Below are positions 24,944-38,348 of a stretch of 64,000 nucleotides of DNA, piece by piece (position 1 is the stretch's first letter; the number at the start of each line of letters is the position of its first letter). The translations under genes and the position numbers were made by a program. Below the pieces are notes generated by a model. That model saw only the letters and a list, made by a program, of their open reading frames with translations, searched no databases and was not told the DNA's origin. The DNA is from Marsupella aquatica (taxonomy: Eukaryota; Plantae; Marchantiophyta), in the NCBI GenBank assembly GCA_973895155.1, contig OZ316894.1, forward strand, positions 10,819,874 through 10,883,873, in the 5' to 3' direction.

Positions 24944-25371
24944 TAGTCGTCTCTCAGCACACTCTCAAGAAAGAGCATTATTTGTGCACTACGAGATAAG
25001 TGCAAACTCATTGATTGTGCACTTATTGATAAGACTATATGGTTTACATCTCTCTGTTAAATGTGCCATTACTCCCAACCTAAATAGTATCTCCCTGTCC
25101 TAAATTCAGTCCTCTACACCATAAGTGCAATTTTACTCTACTAAAATATTTCATGCACTTACTAGGAAGTAAAATTTGATCAATTGTGCACTTACCAATA
25201 CTGTTCATGTACACTAAGATTTTGCACTTACTAGTTTGTCCTTTTGCCAAAAGAATTCATGCCTGAGTGCACTTAGAAGAAAAGTGTAAACTCTGTGAAG
25301 AAGTTAAGAAGGGGGTGCCTTGCAGTTAGCCATAGTTTGCACTTAATGTTTGTGCACTCAGAGAGCGACTA
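24944..25371. mobile_element. MITE-like element with internal TGCACTTA repeats
   Basis: Imperfect TIRs TAGTCGTCTCTC and GAGAGCGACTA enclose many TGCACTTA/TAAGTGCA motifs in both orientations. Confidence 0.45.
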
Positions 25372-28300
25372 CTGCACAGGGGTTCAACTCTGCAAAACGG
25401 TAGTCTCCAAACAACCAACAAAAACGGGATAGAAATACTCCCACCTTTGCCTTGAGTATGGTCAAAGTAAATTACTCTCAGCTTACATCCATGGTACTAC
25501 CGCGCTTACTGACTTTCGTCAGTTGTTTCGTGTGGTGTAAAAGAAAATTTAGTTTTGGAGGTTTCTTCCCATTCTTTTTAGAGAAAAGTCGCCTAGGGCT
25601 TACAACTTTATTTCAAGTGAAGTGAGGCTCAAATAGCCAAAAAGCTGTTGGTCCATGTGCAAGGACAAATAACGGGTCCTCACTTTCTGGTCACAGGTTA
25701 CAGACTAGTAACCCTAAACCAACCCGTCATTACCCTACACATAAGGTCATGGTAACACCCCAAGCAGGGCCCCAATCAAGGAGGGGCTTGGGACTAGTGT
25801 CACACCCACACAATTACTTAGGCAGGGGGCATGCTTCACACATCCCCTGCCTCACACACACAGGGGCATGCACACAAGTTCAGGTCCAGGATTTGAACCC
25901 AGTGCCTCAACCGCCATGCTAGCTAAATGCAACCAAATCTCACTGGAAACTAGTGTGGAACACTTTTAGAGAAAGTACTCCTTTGCTTCTTTCTTCCAGG
26001 ATTGGTGCGAAGGTGGAAAATAGATCAGGAGCAATGGGCAAGTTGGGGAGAGACAATATGTCTAGTAATTGCTTTTCATCAAAATAGCAAGCAAAATAGC
26101 AAACAAGGCCACCTGTTTTACTAGGCATTGTTGTGACTTAAGATAACACAAGGACCCACAAGGGAAAACTAGTACAACTCAAGACCTCAGGAACATATGC
26201 AGGCCAGGCATTGCACTGTCCATAGACGCAAACAGCCAATGAAAGGCGGAAAGGAATGCTTGCAACCAAGTAGAGGCAAAAGCTTGGAGGGGCAAAAAAC
26301 AACTACTAAGGGCAATGAACACCTGATCACATAAATTAAAGAACAAAGTCCCTCAGCAATTCATTTGGTTTGGAATCTCATGAAGCAATTAACTTTGTCT
26401 GCAATGTTCTTATGTAGCTTCATGTGTTGGGCTGATTGTGGTAATAGGACGGGTTATCACATAATTTGACACAATTTGCCACACAACACTCAATACATAA
26501 TTGACGACCTGGGTTTGAATTTGATTATGCATGGTTGTGACTTTCATGGATTCAATGTAGTTAGAGATTCATGTGGTTCAAGAATTGTAGTGGTTGTTCA
26601 ATCTTGATCTCGGGGTCTCACAATATGGAGACCTCCTCATCACCTGCAACATTTCTTAGGCCTTGGACCCCCTAAAATGTAAGAATATTTATTTATTTAT
26701 TAACCCCTATAAAGTTGGACTATTCTTTGACTATTCTAAAATTTTGATTTAAAAGACTCTATTGTTATTCTGCAAAATTTTTTAAGTCTTCCCTTCAAAT
26801 CAATATAATGACCCTATCCTTTGCCGCATGTGATATATCATTTTCGTGGAAGTGAAAATCTTGATTAGTTCTCCTTTAATTTTCATGAAGGCAACCACCA
26901 CCCTTCTATTGAAAAGGAGGAAGTGACTCTTTAAGCAGATTCATTTGGCATGTTTTTGTTAATTTAATCTATTGCTAAAATACCAGTAAGTTTTATTAGG
27001 TTACAGTCTCACTTTACAGAATATATTTAGTTTGAATCTGAGTAACTTTTTTATGGAACAGAATGTGCATGCATAGTCAAGATTATCTTAGCATCCAAGT
27101 GACTTAATGTGATCACTAGGACTCTTGAACATTTTTGGATATTTGGTCTTCCCGGGGATTTCCCTAAGAGAGTGTTCCTCTCCTGTCAGCCCTGCCTTTG
27201 GGAACATTACTCCCGGTGCCTTCTTTTGGCAGTGTGATATTTTGTATGGGTTATTCCAATGTGAGCTTCTCCAATAAAATATACGAGCAACAGCAAACTG
27301 TGGACTGTGGTGAGTTGAGATTGAGCTTCTAAATTTACTTACATAATCCAGCCTTATATGCTATTAATAGAGATTCAATTTATGAATTGAATTTTGTTAG
27401 ACAAATTTCATGAGTTCTATCGATCAAGTGATCAACCGTAGTCTGTAGATTCCTTGCAAACTAAATACATTTGAGCAAAACCAAGGGCTGTACAGGATGG
27501 CATCGCTAGTTGGTGGTTTTCACCTATCTAAACCACCATAATATAGTAAAGACTCTCCAAGGGCAACTTCTGTATATATGTGATAATCAACAAACAAATT
27601 TTGAATTCAGTTATGCCCTGAGTGTTTTCCTGACCTTGGGGGCATTACTCCAAGGGGGGGTGGGGGTCCCATATCATGCGCAAAGTTTTGGGAATAAACA
27701 CCATAGTACATAAGTAAATAATTTTTTTTCAATGATTTTTACTCTAAAACTTTGCAATATTATTGGAATATTCAAAATTTTGGTTTTTAAAAACAATCTA
27801 ATTCTTATAGCTAAACACCCATCATGTTCTTCCGCAAATTAAAATTGATAAATTTTTCACTACACTCCATAAAATCCCTACACTTATTTGCATGTGATAG
27901 GTTGGAAGAAAAGAAATAAGGACCTCGGGTTCCTGACCATTGAATTCCAAACTAGTGTTGTGAGGAGAAAAAGGTTGTCTATTGTTGTCTTATGCAGGCC
28001 CTGCTTCATCCCCACCACCTTCCCTCCTCACTGAATGGTTTTCAAAAAACAAGTTGGTGCTTGATCAAACAAGTCAGGGACAAAGTCAGGGACTTGATCA
28101 AGGCTAGATATGGTACTTTGTACATGCACAAGCAAAGAGTTAGCTTATGAGTGGACCTTAGGTGGCTCATTGTTACAAAGTTGTTTGAGAGATAGGAAGA
28201 ATTTGTGATGTAGAGACTTGGTATGGCTCATAGATCTAGAATACAATTTCTTGTGAAATCTTGTGGATTGACCTCTGGAGAGATGAATCATGTATCTCTT

Positions 28301-30199
28301 GTATCATTTATTTGTTTGCTGAATGTTTAGCACGTGCATGCTATCTATGAGTGGCCCATTCCTCAAAATCATGCCATATGACTACCCCAAAAATTATAGT
28401 AATTTGCTATCTACCAATATTTTAAGGGTAAAGGGTAATATAGCAAGAACCTCTCAATTATAGCCCACAATACAAAACACACAGGAGAATGTTCATTCTG
28501 GTTGCCTGATTTGAATCTATGGTCCATGGGAGCATCATTTTCTAATACCCAACTATCAAACACGAAACACAACACCTAGTGTTTTGGAGCATATCCCCGC
28601 CCTTGTCCTTCTGGCCAGTTGCACGGCATGAGGACTACAGCACAGCTGGGTTTCCTTTGTTTCATTACAAAAGAAAGGCCCGGTAGGTTTCATTTGCCAA
28701 CTCTGGTATTTGAATAGGAATGACTGTCTACAGGTGTTGCATCTTGTCCGTTGCTTTGAAATGATTCCCCCCCTTATTGGACTTCATTGTTGTATGGCTG
28801 GTCTTTGCTCCATTCGGCTGGCAGAAACAAAGCTCTGAGATATATTCTATTGCAATAACTCATCAATCAAGGGGAAAAAACAAGAACATGAAACTTAAGC
28901 CCTCCATCTGCCCTTTTTTTGTTTGGCGTTGCAAGGAGTATTTATTGATAATCAATCTCCAAACACTGTACACATAGAACCCTCTAAAATACCCTTTAAC
29001 TCTTTAAGCCTGAGGTTTCCGTGAGTCCCGTTATAGTATTAACCCACCACAACCCTCCCCACTAACCATAGGTGTAATTGAGACCCGCTAACCGACGATA
29101 CACTTATAGCCCCACTAAACCCGAGGGAACCTTTCTTGACAAAGGCTTAACGGGCCATGACCTTGCCCAGTTGCCCAGGTTTAATCAATTAATGAAGCAC
29201 CAATCCTAACCCGTAGGTTCCGCTGACAGATTTGCAAGTGCCCGTGTTTACGGTAACCAAGGTACCTTTTCTCTGTCAAACCTTTGCCCTCGTAAGAAAT
29301 ACTTCGCCACTCACCAGAGGTATAAAGTGCATTCTAGTCTCCTCATGAATGTAATAATAACTAACCGCACCTCCCACAAATGACGCTCTCCAAGGCCACA
29401 GAAGAATCTCCTCACCACTAACCCGAGATGTAACCCTCCATGACCCCAGAATCCCGTGCAATAAATATAATTTCACTAGTAACCTAAGCTTTCAATTCAA
29501 TTCAAATCCCCCAACAGCAAATCCCCCAACAGCTTCCTTTGTTATTACAAACGCATGCCCACTAACCCGAGATGTAAGACCCCGAACTCTCCGACTCGTA
29601 CAGTAGTGGGCCCTTTACAGTGCTTTACACCTCGGGTTAGTGGGGCCACACCGCAACTGACGTCTAAACTACAATACCGGTCCTGCTGCAATTACAGTAC
29701 CGTCCTACACTGTAGTGTACTTCATACCGTAAACCCCAGGTCAGTCAGAGATGGCAGTTAAGCTTGTCACTAAATAATATTCTGACCTCACTGTACGGGA
29801 CGGGCGTGTTCGCAGAGAGACGACTTAGAGTTGGCATTTTGTGCGCAGCCATTTAATGCCCGCTGATGTGACCAGACCCTGATGACTGTGACCCCACATA
29901 CACGAGCCACCAATTCAGCATTCAGCCCGCTCATCACTCCTTTATCATTATTATTAAACCTAGCCCGCTTCCCTAAACTAATACGGCCGGCCTGAATGTA
30001 CGGTTCTGGGGTTCAGAAACCGGGAGAGAGAAATAACTTAGTCGACGTCTTTTTTTCCTTTTTGGGTCCTGAATGGAAACGACGTAGTCTCTCTCCACCC
30101 CTTTTTTTGGGGGGGTCTTGGACGAAAATCACTCCCTAGTTTCTCCTTAGCCCAATAGTGACATAAGTTCATTCTAGTGAACATGAGCCCCCAGTGATT

Positions 30200-30390
30200 T
30201 TACAAGTACTCCAGCAGGAGAGAGAGTGAGGTTTAAATCAGGGACTCAAAGTGGGAAAATAAGGACTGAGTAGATAATAAGAACTTTCATCCACTACCCA
30301 CAAAACTCATCCCACCCTTACACATATATCTTCCACACTCTTATGTGTGTAAGGGATTGAACCTAGTACCTCTCAGTTTCAGGCTAGTCA
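30200..30390 (-). mobile_element. tRNA-derived SINE-like relic
   Basis: Shares AGAACT.TCATCCACTACCCACAAAA and GGGATTGAACCT (B box GGTTCAATCCC on the minus strand) with 58010-58110. Confidence 0.6.
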
Positions 30391-31209
30391 ATCAGTCTTT
30401 TTAGTGGCAAAAAGAATGCTGAAAAATTCTATTTAACTACTCTTTCTTGCATCAAAACAATTTGATCGAGACATTTAGTTGATAGACCCCCAAAACCAAT
30501 GTTTCCTCCCCAACCATGAGGTTTTGGGTACCTTAATGAAAGGTCTATTTACTTCCACGATCAATTGTGGGGTATATCAGATAAAAAAATTTATTTTGGA
30601 TTTTATCTCACAAATTTCTCACAAACCTATCTCTAACTTTGCTTAACAAAAACATGACTGATGAATATTTCTTTACAAAAAGTGGCTCTAATAAAACACA
30701 AAAGTATCACGTATATACAACCTGACAACCAAATAAATGTAAAAGATTTTCAGAACAAGCACCATATAGCATGCTCATCGTGGAACATGCTTGAATTTTT
30801 GTTTTGTAGTGATAAATAAAATATGAGAACATAACTAGAAGTATTTGTGCACAGTGACCAATGAAAAGTATAATCAAGGATGGTACGATGTGTGCACTTA
30901 ATTCAATGTCCTCATGAATGACACCCATTTCAATAAAAACCATAAACTTAGGAAAGAAAGATATGAGGAGAACTTAAGACACAATCAAAATCATTTCTCT
31001 CATTCATGAGAATGTTCCAGTGGTGTAGCAGTTTATTTCATCTCTAATAAAACACAAACATTAAAATTTATAAGGGGGCTGCCAAAATATGTTCAAAATA
31101 CTTTACAATACTAAAAATTAATGGGGTCCATAAAATAATTAAAAATGTATATGATACACAGGTTGCCCCTTCATAAGGCACATTGAAATACAAATATATG
31201 ACACCAAAA

Positions 31210-31278
31210 CTCTGAATAAGACAAAATCTGAAAGATGTATTCACTCTGAATAAGACAAAATCTGAAAGATGTATTCAC
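31210..31278. repeat. Tandem duplication, about 34 bp x2
   Basis: ACTCTGAATAAGACAAAATCTGAAAGATGTATTC occurs twice. Confidence 0.9.
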
Positions 31279-34200
31279 CATATAACAGTTTCAAAAAGTT
31301 TCAGAACAAGCACCACTAATAACTGTGTATCTAGTTACCCCACTAGTCGCGATCTGACAGTCATTCTGAAATCTTGGGAAATCTAAAGGTCCAAATATTA
31401 GTCTCGGGAAACTGTATACCTACGTAATATTCTTTTTAGGCTTCACACACTGGACCCCAGAATATTCTGTTACTCAAAGCCAAATTGAAAGCTATAAATC
31501 AATCCACTAATAATATATCCAATTGGGCATAGTTAGAGATGTTCGGAAAAAAATAATGTAAAAAGAGAAAAATGAACGGTTATTTATTTTCGAGAACCGA
31601 GATGTTTCAGGCGCGCCCGACTTTCAGGCGGGAAAGTACGGGAATTGATTTGCCCGCTCGCTCGCCCGCCCGCCTGCCAGCCAGCCTGCCTGCCCGCCCG
31701 AGTGCCCGCCCGCCAGCCCGCCAGGCAGCCCTCGCATGATAATAACTTCCGTTGCCAAGGTACGGTGGCAGGACTGTACGGCGCCAAAACTACGACAAAG
31801 GAATGGCGGAATAGGATCCAGGAAGTCTTCGCTTTTCAGGGGCAGCAATAATATAATAATTATGAAAAACGCGGTGATCATTTCTTTTTCTGGGGCCCAC
31901 CATTGGAATGAACGAGGGAACCCCTCTTTTCGTTTCGCATCATTTGCTTAGGTAATTATTTTAATGTATTTCCAGGGTGGGATGCGACTGCAGATGTACT
32001 ATGTAAAAACTTCCACGTCCTGTATTCTGCTGTAGCTTTTGTGAGGTGGGATTTTGAGTATGTGTAAAGGGAATGGGATCATTATTTTACCATTATCCTA
32101 GTCTGGTGAGTTGTTTGGTGAACACTCATGTGGAATAAGACACTAACTTTCATTCTTCAAAGAATCTGCAGTATGATTGAAGATGGAAGTCTACCATTCA
32201 TATAATCATAATGGTCATAATCAAAGTCACCATTCATGACATACTACTTGTCATATGTATGGTAACATAAAGGTTTCAAATTTAGACATGCTTTTGATTA
32301 GGGGGTTAACAGTCTGAGTCTGGGTAAAGGGAGCTCTTCTTGAGCATAGGCAAGGGTATTTGGGCTAGTCACTATAGTAAAGAGAACTTGGGCCAGTGTT
32401 GGGGGGTGGTGTTATCACTTTGTAGAGGAGATTATGATCTTGGTGTAAGCTACCTCCAAGTGTCATGAGCTGGATTCCAACTAAAGAATATTGAGCATTA
32501 TTTAAATTTGATAAGACTGATCTTGTCAAAACTAGAGATGCGATGTATTTGTGTGACGAAACGCATCAAAACTTCAGGAAATTTTGACCTATACAACAAA
32601 GATGTTGATGGATTTTGTTGAGAAAAACATGCAGAGGCTATTTGGATCCTACTCCGCCAAATAGGGAATTGCAAAATAGGATTCAGGGGCTGCCATGTTT
32701 GCAGTGAGGCTTCCCAGAACCACAGGTTCATGGTTAGTCCAATTGCTAAGGTTACATGATCATGCTATCTATTTAAAAAGTGGGGGGATCCAGCCGCCCC
32801 AAATTGGCTGATATGGTTTTATATGAGTTGCCATTACTCTAGACTCAAGGAAAATATTATCCTGATATGGTAAATGTATGAGACAATTTTTGGCTCCCAT
32901 GACCTCTCTTTGGCGACAGGTGGCAGTGCTGTAAGTGGGCGTAAATAAATAGAATATATGATTATCTTTAAGAAACTACAAAGGACAGTCTGGCTTGTAA
33001 CTTTCCATTTTTATTGGCAGGGAAAAGATGAAGATGGGAAAGATGTGGCCCACCAAAACGGCGCGGCCCCCGAGGTCGGTGCCCTTAAAACCGCATTTAA
33101 GAACTAGTTCCTTTTAATATCCAATTTAGTCAAATTCCAGTAAAACGGCCCAATCAAAAGAGCTCCGAACTCCCTACCGGTGTCAGGCAGGTACTGGCGA
33201 TTGTGGGTAACTGGGTACCCGCTATAGCAGTACCGCCCCCTCGCGCGTTATAGTGGAGCGTCAGGCGCAGGACGGGCGGGGGCCGCTCCTTGGCGCCTGG
33301 GCGCTGCTGGGGGCGCACCGCCGACCAGGGGATTTTCGTCCCCGGCGAGGGGCCAGGTAGAATATAAGCGAATTAATGCCCCCAATATTGGACTGTTTGG
33401 ACAGTTGCAATGGCACATGTATGATCTTCTTAAATTTGTTTTTTGTGAAAGCGTGGGGGGACCTTGGGTCTGTTGTGAAGCCCAAATGGATTTCGATGGG
33501 CCAACTCGCATGTAGTCGGCCTTAAGGAATGCCGCCCTTAGAATGGAGGAAGTTCAGGATTCTGGGCGATCTGCGACTAAATAAATCCACAGAAGGACTT
33601 GTGCTTGTAATGCTGTGCTTTTGTTTTATTTGCCACTCAGGGTCGGGACCTGCAAGGGCCGGAACGTTTCCGGCTTTGCCCTTGGGTCCCCATAAGACCT
33701 GCCGCAAGGCCTGCCTACAGAGGGGCTTACGGCATGGCAGAATCATGAATGACACGTCTCAGTTTAAGGGTCGCATTCAGTAGGGCAGAGTACATGCGAG
33801 TTGGCTCTAAAACTCGGATGGATTGGAGGAGAATCTTTCCTTAGACTCTGGTGGTCCTTCTTATAGTTTTGACTCCTGACCCTATGCAGTAGGTTTTCTC
33901 AGCTCACCCTGTGTTAAATCGCTCCTTGAGCCTAGACTACTTGGGGCTCCTTCACACAAATGAAGTGTCTTTCCCCAAAATGGCTATTTGCAGTTTTCTG
34001 CAAAAGTAAATGTCCAGTTTATAATATTTGACCCATTTAGCTCACCCAAACAAGAGTTTACCAACAAATGAAACTAATTACCACTTTTTAAGTTTGTGTT
34101 TAGGTGAATGCAAGAAATTGAAGCTCAGGGGTCAATCTCCCATCTGGGAAAGTGCTTGGATAGACTTTTGAAGCCCAGATAGACTGCAACAAAACTCTAA

Positions 34201-36859
34201 ATTCTGCTCATACAGTACACATGACATGGATGAGTAAATGATTGGTGGAAATTTTGAGGTCTCTCAATCTCCACAAATTTGACTATATTAGGTTCAGTGG
34301 GAAGATCTTTCCAAGCAGCTTAAAACTGGCCCCAATATATGCCACTTCAGTCAGATATCAAGGGAGATATTGAAGGTGAAAAAATTAGAAATGAGAAAGG
34401 TGTCAATGAGTGAAGGTACAAAAGGTTTCAGTATCTATGGGGATTGCATGATTCAGGGCTCAATCCATGTGAGCATCATTTCCTCAAAGCAAGCTTTTAG
34501 TGACCTAAAGAAAAACCGGACTGAAAAACAAAATACATGTACCAGTTAGAAACTTTATTTTGAAGTGAAATACTAAAACATACACGGATTAGTGTTATGT
34601 TTTACTTCAAGTAAAGGTTTTTCATCTCTTTTGATTTTTGCTGCCTCCTGTATTTTCTAGTGTATTTAAAAAACCCCAGTGGCTAGCCAGAGTAGTCCAA
34701 AAAATGGATGTTACCAACCAGGTCTTGGCTTAGCTAGGTACTAACTTTGCCAGTGAAATTGGGATTTTAATTCATTAGAGTTTGCTGGCAGGCTACAATT
34801 ACTTTTCAGCTCAAACAAGTTATCCATGACCAGGTCATCTAAATGAAATAACTTGAATTGGTAGCACTACATTTAGTTCATGATGGTTGGTTTAATCTAG
34901 TATTTCCAAATCATTGTCGCCAAGCAAAGTAGTAGGGAGGCGACTGAACTCATGTTAGCAATCAATCCACTATGAATTATATGTAAGGCAATCAAGATCG
35001 TTGGTCCTGGGTAATTGTAACGTGCGAGCAAACAGTAAAAATTTTCCTCGCACGAGCAAAAAAAAATCCTACATGACCCTTGTTTTTCTACATGCAATTG
35101 TCTCGCTATCAACTACCTGTTTGGTAACATCCCTTTTGGGGACTCCCTTTCTGTTAGCGAGCTCGCTAGCAATCTGGAGTCTTTAAAAAAACACAAAAAA
35201 TGTAAAAGGCACCAAAAAGCAACTGAAATTTGGAACCATTATTGTCTCGCTATCAAAATCTCATGTTTGCTCGCAACATAGAATACCTCGTTGGTCCTAA
35301 GGGTATAAACACTTGCTATCATGGCAAGGGAAGAAAGAAAAAGGACCTGTTTACTTAAACTACTGGTGCTCTGTGCATTATGTCTCACGTGTCTACAGTA
35401 GTTATCTCATTATACAATACAAAACTACTATTAGGTTTTTATTATCCCACTTCGCTTCCTACGAATTCTCTAACTTGGCAGTTCAAAAGTTAAGACCCTG
35501 GTGCCTATCCCTCCCTGTGCTACGCGCACATGTATTTCTTCGTCAGCTTACAATAATATTGCCTCCTATTTCAACCCCCCAAAACAAAGCTTTGCACACA
35601 TGTACTTCGTTTCCCGGCTTGCAATAAAATTGCCTCCAATTTCAACCCCAGTTACACTGGCATGTATTTCTGGCTTTCAAGAAAAATACCTCCTATTGCA
35701 ACCCAAAAAGAGAGAGTTGGGCCCCCGATTTCAAGTTTGATCACTTGAGCTGGCTGGTGTATTGAGTGCGCTGTGGGGGCCCACCCTAAAAATAATGGTT
35801 AATCTATGTGTATTTAATATTTAGAGCTGTTGACTTTCACCCTTTTCTAAACAATTCCAGGATATCATGAGAGATTTGGGATCAAAACTTTGGGGTTGCT
35901 TTAGGGGACTTGGGTTTTGTCTTGGTGGGGCCACTACAGCCATCAGTTTCTTTGATGGGCTTGCATTCTGTTGGACATCTTGGTTACAAAGGCTCTTTAG
36001 ATGGGCGAAAACGTAGGTTGGTCTGGAAGGAGACTTTTTTAAAGTGCTCACGAAATGTAGAGTAATCACCAGCCACTCAATCAATTCCTTTTGAGGCCCC
36101 ACTTTAGGGAGAACTCACACTCCAACGAATCACTAATCAGGTTAGAACCAACCTGGCCTCATGCAGGCACGACACCAAACTGCCAGATGAACTTTTACAA
36201 ATCTATGTGCTTGCTTTGGAGTACCCTAGTGGTAACTTGGTTTGCAGTTCCCAAGAATGAAAAGTTACTTTCCTTGCTTTAGCTGGTGGCCATATGAAGT
36301 TTTCCCTACCCAAAAAAATTTCTCAGTCTATTTAACAGTATTTTTCTGACACCTAGCCATGACATGTATTCGTGGCCTAGGACAACACCAAACACCATTT
36401 TCCGGGCATTTTGCCATACCTAGATTTTTTCAGGCTGTCGCCTCAAACTTTGGCTCGGCCAATTTTCACCAATTATTTATTATTTGTGTCAGCCAGATTA
36501 CAACTGTGGCAGTTTAGAGTTTTGCTTATGTCACAAAGGTTTGGAACAAGAAGATTCCCACTCAAGACAACAAAGGAAGGGAATCATTATAGATTGTCGA
36601 GTACACTAAAAAACAATCAATAAAACCCTTTCACTGTGAAGACAATTGAATCTGAAGGTGAGATTCAACGTGCTGGAAACATCAAGGTTTGCAATCCTGT
36701 TTGCTGCACAACTGTTTATAAATACACGACATAAGGGCCCCAAGTATTGGATTGCTAGTTTGCTACACTAATTCCACACTAATCCAACACTTGGGTAACT
36801 CACACTTGTAGCTCACACTAATTTAGGTGAAGCAAATTTTTGGCTATAGTAATGAAACA

Positions 36860-37190
36860 TTGTTATCTATATAAAAGGACAAGTCTAAAATGCACATTCT
36901 TTGAATGTTAATAAACTCATGACAAATCATGAAGAAGGTGAAGTACCGGGGTGAAGTATCTGTTCTCAAGCAATGGCAATGAGTATATGTCCCAAAAACT
37001 CAATTTTCATTGTGAGAATGAAGATATCACTCAACATTTGACCAATGTGTATACTCCACAACAAAATGATGTTGTCAAATGGCTGAACAAAACTTTGTTG
37101 GAGCATTTGCAGTATGTTAATTAAGTCAAGCAAGTTTTTCAAAGATCTTCTAGGCTGAAACTATCAATAGAACAACTTATCTGCTTACTT
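36860..37190 (+). mobile_element. Degenerate Ty1/Copia integrase core fragment
   Basis: From 36951 reads VKYLFSSNGNEYMSQKLNFHCENEDITQHLTNVYTPQQNDVVKWLNKTLLEH, a decayed RSDNGGEY...YTPQQNGVAER.NRTL motif. After a frameshift, F*AETINRTTYL resembles FWAEAV.TA.YL. Confidence 0.8.
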
Positions 37191-38295
37191 TGTCTCTAGT
37201 TAAATAGCAGTATTGGTTGTAAGACTTTTTCTCAGAACTGACACTTTGGCTTACTTTTCTCTTGATGTGACCCAGTATGTTGACACAAAAAGAACAGACG
37301 TACACATCAACCATTATCTTTTAAGAAGGTACATACAAAAATCTATCAGATGCAGTGTGGCAAAGCCAGGTGAAAAAGGTACTCTTTTGTTTATTCTGAT
37401 ATTTATATTTACACAAGCCCACGCACACTTGTTGCTGACGTGTTGTTGTTGTGGAAGTTTTGTCCTAAATCTTTGCTACCTATGTGAGACCCTACATCCA
37501 TTGGTATGTGAAGGTAGACACAATAATTTTCTAAACTTCTTAAAAATAATAAATTTTCCATCAAATATGAGTGAAATAGTATGTTTACTATTTATTCTTT
37601 GCCCTATTCTACATGTCATTACTTGTAAGCCTCATTGCATCCTTTTTCAGACTCACATTTTTCAAACTTGCTGGTTCATGTAATCAGACGTGTTTCCTGA
37701 CTTCTGGTGCCCATATCCGTTGCATGATCCTTGTAATGTTTTCTTTTACTCAAATCACTGGCTTGTAAGAACTGATTACAGTTGTTTCATATACGCAACA
37801 ATCATAGTGGCCATTACTTGTCACATATGCTTGATCCCTCAAATGTAGGTGAGATAGTCATTCACAAGCAAAAACAACATTTTAAGCGTTTTAGTAACTC
37901 AGCCAGTTCAGTTTTGGGGTAGCATACTAAGGGCAGATATGTACATTCATTCCCAAATCCAATCCTAAATCTCCACACATATGGGGTTGACTGATGCAGG
38001 CCATTTAAGAGAACTCATTAAAACATATAATAAGGGCTGCCACCCAACATCATTGAACAGTCCCCATATCATATTCTTAGCTAGTCACAACTGAAAATCC
38101 TCAGATAGTTTTCATGTTAAAATGAATTTGGAAGGGCTCAAAACATTACGAGTATTTTGGTCAAAGTATGATTTGAAGGATTAAAACCTCTCTTTCTTTA
38201 CTTTGTTGGTTCATATCTAAGCATACAGAGATAGAGCAAACAACAGTCTAACAACTCTAGTACAGAAAGAAAGGGCTAAGAAAGGCAAATATAGA

Positions 38296-38348
38296 AGGAG
38301 AAAAGCATGAGAAAGGAGAAAAGCATGAGAAAGGAGAAAAGCATGAGA
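38296..38348. repeat. Tandem repeat, 18 bp x3
   Basis: AAGGAGAAAAGCATGAGA occurs three times. Confidence 0.9.
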
